The notes under the pieces: generated by a model
Databases searched by the model: none
Seen by the model: the letters and a program-made list of their open reading frames with translations, nothing else
What the model was told of the DNA's origin: nothing
Source of the DNA: an uncultured Candidatus Saccharibacteria bacterium
GTDB lineage: Bacteria; Patescibacteriota; Saccharimonadia; Saccharimonadales; Saccharimonadaceae
DNA: 64,000 bases
Direction of reading: 5' to 3'
NCBI GenBank assembly: GCA_964508115.1
Contig: CAZDQY010000001.1
Span: 59,015 to 123,014 of the forward strand
Shown here: piece by piece, positions 29,278-37,598 of the stretch
How positions within the stretch are numbered: the first letter of the stretch is position 1
Layout: each line of letters opens with the position of its first letter
Translations under genes and position numbers: made by a program

Positions 29278-32200
29278 TGGGCCTAAATAAAGAGCAACAA
29301 GCTGCTGTCGAGTACCTAGAGGGGCCGTTGCTGGTCTTGGCTGGCCCAGGGACCGGCAAGACCCAGCTTCTTTCCGCTAAGGTCGCTTATATCTTGCAGA
29401 ATATTGATGTCAATCCAGAAAACATCCTCTGTCTCACCTTCACCGAAGCTGGCGCCGCGAACATGCGTAGCCGTTTGCAGAGCATGATCGGCAAAGCCGC
29501 GCTAGATGTTAATATTCATACTTATCATGCTTTCGGTTCCAACATCCTCGAGCGCTACAAGAACTATGCCGAGAATTTTGATCGCAAGCTTGACGCCCCT
29601 ATCGACGAGACTACTCAGTATAAAATTATTCATGAGATCCAGGCCTCCCTCCCCGTCATGGATATTCTGCGCGATAGTAATACGAAGGACATTATTTCTA
29701 CCATCGGTAATGCCAAGGCTGCTCGCCTCACATCTGCCGACCTGAAGAAAATCACCGAGGCTAACATCCAGGATAGTATCGATCTCGCTGCAGAGATCTC
29801 TCCGATTCTGCTTGATCTCAAGCCCCGTGAGAAGTTTGAAACGGCGCTCGAGGGTACTTATCAGCCGATCCTAGAGATATTGCTTAAGCACAGCACTCCC
29901 GAGCCGATCGCTGGCGGCGTAGAACGCATCGCTAATGTCCTCGCGAAAGACCTCGATAAAGTCATCAAAGATTGCCTTGCCGAAGACAAGCCAAAACTGA
30001 AGCCGCTCTCTGACTGGAAAACTAAGAATTTCGAGCTCTATGTCCGCGACCCGAAGCATCCCGAGGAGACTAAGAGCTATCGTCTAAAAGACCACATCGC
30101 TAATAAGAAGCTGCTTTCACTTGCAAACATCATGGCAAAATACGAGCAACGGCTCAACGATGAAGGGCTGTTCGACTTCAACGACATGATCGAATGCGCC
30201 ATCAAATATCTCAAGGCGGATGACGGCTTCCGTCTGCAGCTCTCAGAGCTTTTTCAATACATTTTGCTCGATGAGTTCCAGGATACCAACGCCTCGCAAT
30301 TTGAGCTCATCAAGCTTCTCACTCAGTATGAGCAGCCTGTCGTGATGGCAGTGGGCGACGACGATCAAGCGATCTTCGAGTTCCAGGGTGCCAATGCCTC
30401 GAACCTGCGGGATTTCCAAGATTATTACGGCGCAAAGATTATCACCCTACTTGATAACTATCGCAGCACAGGCGAAGTGCTCGGCCTGTCGCAGAAGATA
30501 GCTACCCAGATCAATGACAGTTTCGCCAAGAATTATCAGATCAATAAAACTTTGCGCTCCATGAAAGACGCTTGGGCCGGCGAGCAGTCGCGGTCACCAC
30601 AAATTTCTCGCCACGAGTTCCCCGGCACGGTAGCCGAATACTATTGGATCGCCCAGCAAATTCGTGCACTCGTAGACGCCGGCGAGGACCCTACTGAGAT
30701 TGCCATCATTGCTCCTAAACATAGAAATATCGCTCCTATTCTCCCGTATCTCAAACAGCAAGGCCTTGATGTTACTTACGAGAAGCGCGATAATATCCTG
30801 CTGGACACCAAAATTTCCCAGATCATCAAGCTCGCCCAGTTCGTCTATCGTCTCTCCCAGCGCGAGCAGCCGGTCGAAGATTTACTAGAGATCCTCTCCT
30901 ATGATTTTTGGCAAATTCCGCCGATTGTGGCTCTGCGCGCGGTCGAGCAAAAATGGGGTGCTAACCAGTCCGTACTTGACTATCTCGCGGGCGACCCTCA
31001 GCTCGAGCAGGTCGCTGCGCTACTAGCGAGCCTTGCTGCTGTCGCTAATACTGCGCCACTAGAACTGTGGCTCGACTATCTTATCGGCAATGCCGAGCTA
31101 GACGGCCAGACTTCGCCGATGCTCACCTTCTATCAAGAGGGTTCTTCCGAAACTGAGCTACTTGAGTTCTATGAGAATCTTGCCACCCTACGACAAAAAG
31201 TTCTCGCTCATCTCCGCGCCCCGCAATCTACTAGCCCAGATTACATCCCAAGGCTCAAAGATTTTGTCGAGACGCTTAGTGATTTTGAGCTGGCGGGCAG
31301 TGAAATTATGCGTACCAGTGTCTATCGCGACAACGCGAACGCCATCCAAGTTATGACCAGCCACAAGAGCAAAGGGCTGGAATTTAAACATGTTTTCCTC
31401 ACCTCAGTCGACGACGCTTCTTGGGGCAAGTCCAAAGGGAACAATAATCTCCTTTCTCTTCCGAAAAACCTCGCTCATATCCGTCATACTGGCATCACGG
31501 ATGACGAGCAGCTCCGTCTCTTCTTCGTTGCCATTACTCGTGCGAAAGAGACTCTCACTCTGACCAGCGCCGCTCACAATGAAGACGGCTCCGACATCAA
31601 ACGTCTACGCTATCTTTCTGAGAGTAGCCGCGATGACAGCGAACAACTTTCGCCGTACCTGCTCGAACCAGCCCAGAAGATTATTTTGCACGATGATTTT
31701 ACTGACACTGAGAAGATCGAAACCATGCGTCTCGGCTGGGTGTCTGCTTATCAGAAGCTTGAACCGTCCGTCATGGATCTCCTCCGCGAGCGCATGAAAG
31801 ATTATCGTCTCACCGCCTCGGATCTGACCGGCTTCATCGATATCGTCTATGCCGGTCCTCAGCAGATTTATCGTAATCGCGTCTTGCACGCCCCAAGTGA
31901 GCCGGCTGACTTCTCAATGTGCTATGGCAATATCCTCCATGCTGTCTTTGAACAAATCACATCTCAGCATATCGACAATGTTCAAGCTCTAGATCTCTTT
32001 AGAAGTGAAGCTCAGAAAGCTATCCTGAACGACCAAGACAAACAGGCTCTCCTCGAAAAAGGCCAGCACAGTCTCCAGGTAGCGCTCAACGAATTTAGCG
32101 ACATTCTTCGTCATAAACATGCGAAAGCTGAGGTCAATCTGTCCACAGAGCATCTTAACTTCAACGGCGTGCCGCTCACCGGCAAAATCGATCACCTCGA

Positions 32201-32606
32201 GATCGACCCCGCTACTAAGACTATCGAGGTTTACGATTTTAAGACCGGCAAATACTACGACAAGAAATGGGATAGCCAGCCTAGCCTCTACAAATATCGC
32301 TTGCAGCTTAGCTTCTACAAGCTACTTCTCAATCTCTCGCCCACTTATCGTAATTATAAAATCACCCGCGGGCATATTCTCTTCGTTACGCCCGATAATG
32401 ATAATAGAGTCCATGATAAAGTTTACGAATTTAATGACCCCGATGAGGCTGAGCTGAAAGCACTCACCTGCGCCATCTATCATCAGATGACAAGTCTCGA
32501 TTTCGTCAGCGATGATGAGCTTTTCGTTGCCGCCGACAAGGCCAACACCATGAAACAGATCCGCGCTTTTGCTCAAAAAGTTATTGACAAAGACACTGAC
32601 AAATAG
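29277..32606 (+). CDS. UvrD/PcrA-family helicase fused to a C-terminal PD-(D/E)xK (RecB-like) nuclease
   Basis: AGPGTGKT, LDEFQDTN, VGDDDQAI, NYRS, TSHKSKGLEF, FFVAITRAK, then nuclease core GKIDHL...YDFKTG and YRLQLSFY. ATG at 29277 overlaps the upstream stop (TAATG). Confidence 0.92.
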   Translation: MGLNKEQQAAVEYLEGPLLVLAGPGTGKTQLLSAKVAYILQNIDVNPENILCLTFTEAGAANMRSRLQSMIGKAALDVNIHTYHAFGSNILERYKNYAENFDRKLDAPIDETTQYKIIHEIQASLPVMDILRDSNTKDIISTIGNAKAARLTSADLKKITEANIQDSIDLAAEISPILLDLKPREKFETALEGTYQPILEILLKHSTPEPIAGGVERIANVLAKDLDKVIKDCLAEDKPKLKPLSDWKTKNFELYVRDPKHPEETKSYRLKDHIANKKLLSLANIMAKYEQRLNDEGLFDFNDMIECAIKYLKADDGFRLQLSELFQYILLDEFQDTNASQFELIKLLTQYEQPVVMAVGDDDQAIFEFQGANASNLRDFQDYYGAKIITLLDNYRSTGEVLGLSQKIATQINDSFAKNYQINKTLRSMKDAWAGEQSRSPQISRHEFPGTVAEYYWIAQQIRALVDAGEDPTEIAIIAPKHRNIAPILPYLKQQGLDVTYEKRDNILLDTKISQIIKLAQFVYRLSQREQPVEDLLEILSYDFWQIPPIVALRAVEQKWGANQSVLDYLAGDPQLEQVAALLASLAAVANTAPLELWLDYLIGNAELDGQTSPMLTFYQEGSSETELLEFYENLATLRQKVLAHLRAPQSTSPDYIPRLKDFVETLSDFELAGSEIMRTSVYRDNANAIQVMTSHKSKGLEFKHVFLTSVDDASWGKSKGNNNLLSLPKNLAHIRHTGITDDEQLRLFFVAITRAKETLTLTSAAHNEDGSDIKRLRYLSESSRDDSEQLSPYLLEPAQKIILHDDFTDTEKIETMRLGWVSAYQKLEPSVMDLLRERMKDYRLTASDLTGFIDIVYAGPQQIYRNRVLHAPSEPADFSMCYGNILHAVFEQITSQHIDNVQALDLFRSEAQKAILNDQDKQALLEKGQHSLQVALNEFSDILRHKHAKAEVNLSTEHLNFNGVPLTGKIDHLEIDPATKTIEVYDFKTGKYYDKKWDSQPSLYKYRLQLSFYKLLLNLSPTYRNYKITRGHILFVTPDNDNRVHDKVYEFNDPDEAELKALTCAIYHQMTSLDFVSDDELFVAADKANTMKQIRAFAQKVIDKDTDK

Positions 32607-32686
32607 TAAAATATGGAGACCGAGCGGCTTCTCGGTGAATCGTTCCTCCCACCTATCTGGCATTCACAGAAAGGATGTGAATATGA

Positions 32687-32902
32687 ATGCCGACTCATAC
32701 TGGCCGTGGCGGTAGTACCCATCTCACTGAAATGGGCGCGATCTATTCTAAAGTGTCGCATATACGCGGTACCTGCAGCCTCGGCGGCCTCACTGGTGAA
32801 TCCGGCAGCGACCTGCTCAATCGCTATTCCAAGAGTGTTGGTGGCGATATGCACAAAGTGTCCACCTTCGCCGATGAGATCGCCACCAAGTACGGCCGCT
32901 AA
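32687..32902 (+). CDS. Possible small hypothetical protein (71 aa)
   Basis: Open frame in otherwise unassigned DNA with an amphipathic-looking C-terminal half. It is followed 20 nt later by a terminator. No recognised motif. Confidence 0.35.
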   Translation: MPTHTGRGGSTHLTEMGAIYSKVSHIRGTCSLGGLTGESGSDLLNRYSKSVGGDMHKVSTFADEIATKYGR

Positions 32903-32922
32903 CGCCACATCCAGCACCTTCG

Positions 32923-32950
32923 GGGGCGGCCATAGTGCCGCCCCACTTTT
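32923..32950 (+). terminator. Intrinsic terminator
   Basis: GGGGCGGC-CATAGT-GCCGCCCC followed by ACTTTT. Confidence 0.75.
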
Positions 32951-32985
32951 ATGCTACCAGCTTTCCATTAGTCAGTTCTCCGTAC

Positions 32986-33015
32986 AAAAATCCCGCTCTA
33001 TTACTAGAGCGGGAT
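32986..33015 (-). terminator. Intrinsic terminator of rpmE2
   Basis: ATCCCGCTCTA-TTAC-TAGAGCGGGAT stem. The + strand A run gives a U tract on the minus strand. Confidence 0.85.
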
Positions 33016-33035
33016 CCCTTATCGCATAAGACGAC

Positions 33036-33377
33036 TTATTTCGCAGACGCTTCAGCCTTAGCAGCCTTCTTCTCAGCTTCTTTTTCTGCCTTCTTGACTT
33101 TGTTGCCAAGAGTAGCGCGAAGCTTAGCAGCACGCTCAGCGCGAGCCTTGAAACGATCAACGCGACCTTCGGTATCGATGATCTTCTCTTCACCAGTAAA
33201 GAATGGGTGAGAAGCCGAAGAAATCTGCACCTTGATCAAAGGATATTCCTGACCATCAGTCCACTTGATAGTTTCTTCACTAACAGCCGTCGAACGAGTC
33301 AAAAACGAATAGTTCGCTGCCTCATCCATGAAGACGACATAACGATAATCTTGTGGTTGTGAAACTTTTTTACTCAT
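33036..33377 (-). CDS. rpmE2: 50S ribosomal protein L31 type B (Zn-free)
   Basis: YRYVVFMD...FLTRST...[18 protein letters not shown]...DTEGRVDRF with no CxxC. Has an Ala/Lys/Glu-rich tail and an AAGGAG SD. Confidence 0.95.
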   Translation of the reverse strand: MSKKVSQPQDYRYVVFMDEAANYSFLTRSTAVSEETIKWTDGQEYPLIKVQISSASHPFFTGEEKIIDTEGRVDRFKARAERAAKLRATLGNKVKKAEKEAEKKAAKAEASAK

Positions 33378-33516
33378 AACTCCTTCTAGTCTATCACACT
33401 TTGGCCCAGGTGTAAACCCCGAAGTTCGTCAGCTTGCAGAAGAATCCGCCGGTCTCCTGCAAGAAGGTTAATAGATATAAGCCTCAATATCGAGAAAATA
33501 TGTTATAATAAAGAAC

Positions 33517-33582
33517 ATGTGTACCTTATGCTATAGAAAATACAGCTTTACGAGACGTACAAACTTCAAGTATTCTCAATAG
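33517..33582 (+). CDS. Putative leaderless 21-aa uORF coupled to add
   Basis: MCTLCYRKYSFTRRTNFKYSQ*. ATG is 7 nt after TGTTATAAT, and its TAG overlaps the AGGAGG SD of add. Confidence 0.35.
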   Translation: MCTLCYRKYSFTRRTNFKYSQ

Positions 33583-33593
33583 GAGGGGTTAAA

Positions 33594-34559
33594 TTGAAAA
33601 AAATTGAACTGCACTGCCATCTCGACGGCTCTCTAAACGTCAGACATGCCGGTGAGCTGCTTGGCCATATCGACCAGGCAGAGACTGCCGACATGATGAC
33701 CGCCCATGGCTCAAGCAGCCTTGCCGACTATCTGGAGAAGTTCCAGGTACCTCTGAAGTTGCTGCAGACCAAGCGCAACCTCACCGAGTTCTCCCGTTTG
33801 CTGGCGGAAGATTTGGCCGACGACGGCGTCATCTACGCCGAGGTCCGCTTTTGCCCGCTGCTCCACCGCAATCGTCACCTATCTGCGCGCAAAGCTGTGG
33901 AGGCAGTACTCGAAGGTCTCCGGAAGGTCTACGGCATCCAGACGAACGTCATCCTTTGCATGATGCGCCAGTTCGACGTGAAAGACAACCAGAAGATCAT
34001 CAGGCTAGCCGCCGAGTTTCGCAATGATGGCGTCTGCGGAGTAGACCTGGCTGGCGACGAAGCCGCGCACCCGAATTCTGAGTTCATGGGGCTATTCCAT
34101 TGGGCACAACAGGTCTACCAGCTCCCGATGACCGTACACGCGGGCGAGGCGGACACCTTCACTGGCGTCGACGCCGCCCTTAACGCTGGCGCCGCTCGCA
34201 TCGGGCACGGTGTTCGCGCTATCGAGTCTGCCGCCACGATTCGGCGTCTGGTACATTTGCAGACGCCCCTGGAGATCTGCCCCAGCAGCAACATCGACAC
34301 TGGCATCTATCCCAGTCTCATTGAGCATCCTATCCGTAAGATGTTGGACGCCGGTGTCGCCGTCACTATCAACACCGACAATCGCACTGTATCTGGTACT
34401 ACGCTGGAGAAAGAATACCAGCTTCTCCGAGAGGTACACGGCTTCACCGATGAAGACTTCCTCCGCTGCAACCTGAACGCTGCGTTGGGCTCGTTCGCAA
34501 AGGCTGACCAGAAGGTGAAGCTCTGTCGAGAGCTGCTCGCCGACTATGCCGCCAATTAA
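33594..34559 (+). CDS. add: Adenosine deaminase
   Basis: ELHCHLDGS, YAEVRFCP, VDLAGDE, TVHAGE, RIGHG, EICPSSN, INTDN. TTG start with AGGAGG SD. Confidence 0.92.
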   Translation: MKKIELHCHLDGSLNVRHAGELLGHIDQAETADMMTAHGSSSLADYLEKFQVPLKLLQTKRNLTEFSRLLAEDLADDGVIYAEVRFCPLLHRNRHLSARKAVEAVLEGLRKVYGIQTNVILCMMRQFDVKDNQKIIRLAAEFRNDGVCGVDLAGDEAAHPNSEFMGLFHWAQQVYQLPMTVHAGEADTFTGVDAALNAGAARIGHGVRAIESAATIRRLVHLQTPLEICPSSNIDTGIYPSLIEHPIRKMLDAGVAVTINTDNRTVSGTTLEKEYQLLREVHGFTDEDFLRCNLNAALGSFAKADQKVKLCRELLADYAAN

Positions 34560-34572
34560 ATCTATAGCCTTT

Positions 34573-34602
34573 AAGAGCTCGGTCCCGGCCGGGCTCTTTT
34601 TT
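34573..34602 (+). terminator. Intrinsic terminator after add
   Basis: AAGAGCTCGG...CCGGGCTCTT followed by TTTT. Confidence 0.85.
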
Positions 34603-34625
34603 AAAAAAGGCTACCAGCTCTCCCC

Positions 34626-34654
34626 TTGACTTATCTCTCAATCTGCGCTATACT
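34626..34654 (+). promoter_or_regulatory. rpsB promoter (TTGACT-17-TATACT)
   Basis: Near-consensus hexamers with 17-bp spacing, about 95 nt upstream of the rpsB ATG. Confidence 0.75.
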
Positions 34655-34681
34655 AAAAGAGTAATCTATCAAACGAGACAA

Positions 34682-34730
34682 CTACGGGAGGTATCCTGAC
34701 TCAGCCAAAGCGAGAGTCTTTATCCCGTAG
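34682..34730 (+). promoter_or_regulatory. Structured rpsB 5' leader (putative S2 autoregulatory RNA)
   Basis: CTACGGGA pairs with TCCCGTAG, enclosing a GACTC/GAGTC hairpin, just upstream of the SD. S2 autorepression through a structured leader is established in other bacteria. Confidence 0.55.
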
Positions 34731-34749
34731 CAAAGAGAAAGGATAACCA

Positions 34750-35457
34750 ATGACTGTCGATCCAAAAAACATCGATATGAAAGCACTACTTGAAGCTGGT
34801 GCGCATTTTGGTCATAAGACCAGCCGCTGGCACCCAAAGATGGCGCCATATATTCACAGCAAGCGCCAGGGTGGCCACATTATCAACCTTGAGAAGACTG
34901 CCGAGGCTCTCGAGAAAGCTCTCCCTGAGCTAACCAAGATCGCTGCTAGCGGCAAGAAGATCCTATTCGTCGGCACTAAGAAGCAGCTCAAAGACATCAC
35001 TAAGACTGCTGCCGAGTCTGTCGACATGCCTTACGTCACCGTACGCTGGGTTGGTGGCATTTTAACCAACGTTGATACTATCAACCGTCAGATCAAGAAG
35101 CTTCACGACCTGGAGCGTCGCATGGCTTCTGGTGAGCTCGAAGCTCGTTATTCTAAGCTCGAAGTCCAGCGCTACCAGGAAGAGATTGATATCTTAAACG
35201 AGCGCTACGGCGGTGTGAAGGAGATGAACGAGCAGCCAGCTGCCATTATCGTCGTGGACGCCTGCCAGGACAAGAATGCTGTCAAAGAAGCGAACACCTT
35301 AAAGATCCCTGTTTTCGCAATTACTGATACCAATGTTGATCCTACGAATATCGACTACGTCATCCCAGCCAATGACGACGCCGTAAAGTCTGTCCAGCTC
35401 CTGCTCGACTACTTCGTTGCCGCCATCAAAGAAGGCGAAGCCAAGAAAGAAGCTTAA
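34750..35457 (+). CDS. rpsB: 30S ribosomal protein S2
   Basis: LLEAGAHFGH...WHPKM, LFVGTKKQ, RWVGGILTN, DTNVDP, IPANDD. Confidence 0.99.
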   Translation: MTVDPKNIDMKALLEAGAHFGHKTSRWHPKMAPYIHSKRQGGHIINLEKTAEALEKALPELTKIAASGKKILFVGTKKQLKDITKTAAESVDMPYVTVRWVGGILTNVDTINRQIKKLHDLERRMASGELEARYSKLEVQRYQEEIDILNERYGGVKEMNEQPAAIIVVDACQDKNAVKEANTLKIPVFAITDTNVDPTNIDYVIPANDDAVKSVQLLLDYFVAAIKEGEAKKEA

Positions 35458-35462
35458 TTTAT

Positions 35463-35541
35463 AAACTCTGACAGCTGTCCGAGTTTACAGTAGGTCTTAC
35501 AGGGGTAGAGAAATCCAAAACTCTGACAGCTGTTCGACTTT
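35463..35541. repeat. Two copies of a 24-bp imperfect palindrome, 55 bp apart
   Basis: AAACTCTGACAGCTGTCCGAGTTT (35463-35486) and AAACTCTGACAGCTGTTCGACTTT (35518-35541). Confidence 0.85.
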
Positions 35542-35562
35542 TAGAAAACTAAAGGAGGAAAA

Positions 35563-36186
35563 ATGAGCCAAGAATTAAAAGAAAAAGCCAGTGAAGTCAA
35601 AGTCGTTTCGATCGAGCTAATTAAGAAACTTAAAGAGCTTTCTGGTGTCGGTTTGACCGACGCGAAGCAGGCTCTCGTAGAGGCTAAGGGCGACTTCGAT
35701 AAGGCTCTTGAAGCCATGCGTAAGAAAGGCATGACCAAGGCTGAGAAGCGCGGCGACCGCGAGACTCGCGAGGGCATCATCGAGACCTATGTTCACGATG
35801 GTCGTTTGGGCGCTATCGTCGAGGTGAACTGTGAGACCAGCTTCGTCGCGAAGACCGACGAGTTCAAAGATCTCGCTCACAAGATCGCCATGCAGATCGC
35901 GTCCATGAACCCGCTTTATGTCAGCATCGACGACGTCCCAGAAGATGTTTTAAACAAGAAGAAGGCCGAGTTTGAAGAGAAATTCCGCGGTCCTGAAAAC
36001 ATGAAAGATCAGATCATTGGCGGCCAAGTAAAGAAAGCTTTCTCTGACCAAGTTCTGATGGAACAACCGTATATCCTGGATGACAATCTTACTGTCGCCC
36101 AGTTCATCAAGGAAGCCATCGCTAAGACCGGCGAGAATATCACTGTTCGCCAGTTCAAGCGCCTCGAGCTCGGTGTCACTGAATAA
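35563..36186 (+). CDS. tsf: Elongation factor Ts (short form)
   Basis: IKKLKELSGVGLTDAKQAL, VEVNCETSFVA, LMEQPYI, FKRLELG. AAGGAGG SD. Confidence 0.98.
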   Translation: MSQELKEKASEVKVVSIELIKKLKELSGVGLTDAKQALVEAKGDFDKALEAMRKKGMTKAEKRGDRETREGIIETYVHDGRLGAIVEVNCETSFVAKTDEFKDLAHKIAMQIASMNPLYVSIDDVPEDVLNKKKAEFEEKFRGPENMKDQIIGGQVKKAFSDQVLMEQPYILDDNLTVAQFIKEAIAKTGENITVRQFKRLELGVTE

Positions 36187-36196
36187 TAAACCAACC

Positions 36197-36231
36197 ATGC
36201 TGAGTTATGCCCTCATAGCTCAGCATCTTTT
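36197..36231 (+). terminator. Hairpin or terminator between tsf and frr
   Basis: ATGCTGAGTTATG-CCCT-CATAGCTCAGCAT followed by CTTTT. Confidence 0.7.
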
Positions 36232-36259
36232 GTAAAATAACCATAAGGAGACAACATTA

Positions 36260-36802
36260 ATGTTTGACGATACCGAATATCGCAAAGCTATGGAAGCAGC
36301 GCTCGCTCACTTCAACGATGAGATGAAAAAGGTCCGCACTGGCCGGGCTCATCCCGACATGCTTTCAAATATTAAAGCTGAGGTTTACGGTCAGTATACT
36401 CCGCTCAATCAAGTCGCCAACGTTGTCGCCGTCGATGCTACTCTGCTTCAAATCACACCGTTCGACCCTAGCACCATCCAGGCTATCGCCGCTGCTATTC
36501 GCAATGACGCCGCGCTGGGCCTCAACCCTTCCGACGACGGTCGTGTTGTTCGTGTGCCGGTGCCTCCTCTAACCGAAGAGCGTCGTAAAGAGATTGTCAA
36601 GAACGCTTCTAGTAAGGTCGAGGACGCCAAAGTCGCCGTCCGTAATGTCCGCGAAGACGCCCGCAAGGAGCTCAAGGCCGCCGAGCTTCCCGAAGACACC
36701 AAGAAACGCGCCGAAAAAGACATTGACGAGCTAACCAAGACCTTCACTGACAAAATCGACGAGGCTTTCAAGGCTAAGTCTGCGGAGCTCATGGCAATTT
36801 AA
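36260..36802 (+). CDS. frr: Ribosome recycling factor
   Basis: KVRTGRAHP, LNPSDDG, PPLTEERRKE, VRNVREDA. Confidence 0.98.
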   Translation: MFDDTEYRKAMEAALAHFNDEMKKVRTGRAHPDMLSNIKAEVYGQYTPLNQVANVVAVDATLLQITPFDPSTIQAIAAAIRNDAALGLNPSDDGRVVRVPVPPLTEERRKEIVKNASSKVEDAKVAVRNVREDARKELKAAELPEDTKKRAEKDIDELTKTFTDKIDEAFKAKSAELMAI

Positions 36803-37485
36803 TGGCGGACGCACTTACACACATAGGTTTTATCGCCGATGGCAATCGTCGCTGGGCACGTGGGCGCGGTTTGCCCACATTCGAGGGGCATCGCCGAGGA
36901 TTCAACAATTTCCAGATGATTGTTGACGAGCTAGAGAAACATGCAGAAGTCAAGTTTGTCTCCTTCTTTGCCTTTAGTACCGAGAATTGGGACCGTTCTA
37001 AAGAAGAAGTCGACTATCTTATGACCTTGCTTGAGAATTCAATCAATCGTCTCGCTAAGCAAGCCAAAGCCAAAAATCTTCGTATCATCCTCATGGGCCG
37101 CCCCGAGCCAGTCGATCCTAAGCTCTGGCAGAGAATACTAAAAGTCGAGAAAGATACCGCTATGAACACCGGTCTCACTGTGTGTTTTTGTTTCAATTAT
37201 GGTGGCAAGTGGGAGATTGCCGACGCCGCTACGAAGGCCATCCAAGCTGGCGAGAGTGCTCTCACGCCAGAGACCTTCCGTAATTATCTCTACCATCCCG
37301 AAGTCCCCGACTGCGACCTTATCGTCCGCACCAGCGGGGAAGAACGCATTTCCGGCTTCCAGCTTTGGCGTGCCGCCTACTCGGAATTTCTCTTCTTGAA
37401 GAAACATTTCCCGGCGCTTGAGCCGCCTGATGTTCAGTTCGCGCTCGACGAATATCATAAGCGCCAGCGTCGCTTCGGCAAGTAG
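36802..37485 (+). CDS. uppS: Undecaprenyl diphosphate synthase
   Basis: HIGFIADGNRRWA, AFSTENWDRS, DLIVRTSGEERISGF, RRFGK. Confidence 0.96.
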   Translation: MADALTHIGFIADGNRRWARGRGLPTFEGHRRGFNNFQMIVDELEKHAEVKFVSFFAFSTENWDRSKEEVDYLMTLLENSINRLAKQAKAKNLRIILMGRPEPVDPKLWQRILKVEKDTAMNTGLTVCFCFNYGGKWEIADAATKAIQAGESALTPETFRNYLYHPEVPDCDLIVRTSGEERISGFQLWRAAYSEFLFLKKHFPALEPPDVQFALDEYHKRQRRFGK

Positions 37486-37598
37486 CTTGGTCGCGACGAG
37501 CTAGGCAACGTCTAAGATTAAGAGGTCCTAAGATTCTAAAATCCTAAGACTTTTCTTAAAACCCGCCCAGTCTCACATTTTGTAGTATAATAAAGATT

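Noticed and set aside
32613-33210. ORFs 32613-33029, 32935-33210, 32972-33193 and 32573-32917
   Set aside because: They run through terminators or overlap rpmE2 and have non-protein-like composition.
33410-33590. Purine or c-di-AMP riboswitch upstream of add
   Set aside because: The purine aptamer core is absent. CCCGAAGTTCGTCAGCT only superficially resembles the c-di-AMP 3' motif, lies upstream of the promoter, and lacks the rest of the consensus.
35463-35541. CRISPR array (repeat-spacer-repeat with a 24-bp palindromic repeat and 31-bp spacer)
   Set aside because: Only two imperfect copies, no cas genes or leader in the window, and it sits inside a housekeeping operon. Kept only as an unexplained repeat.
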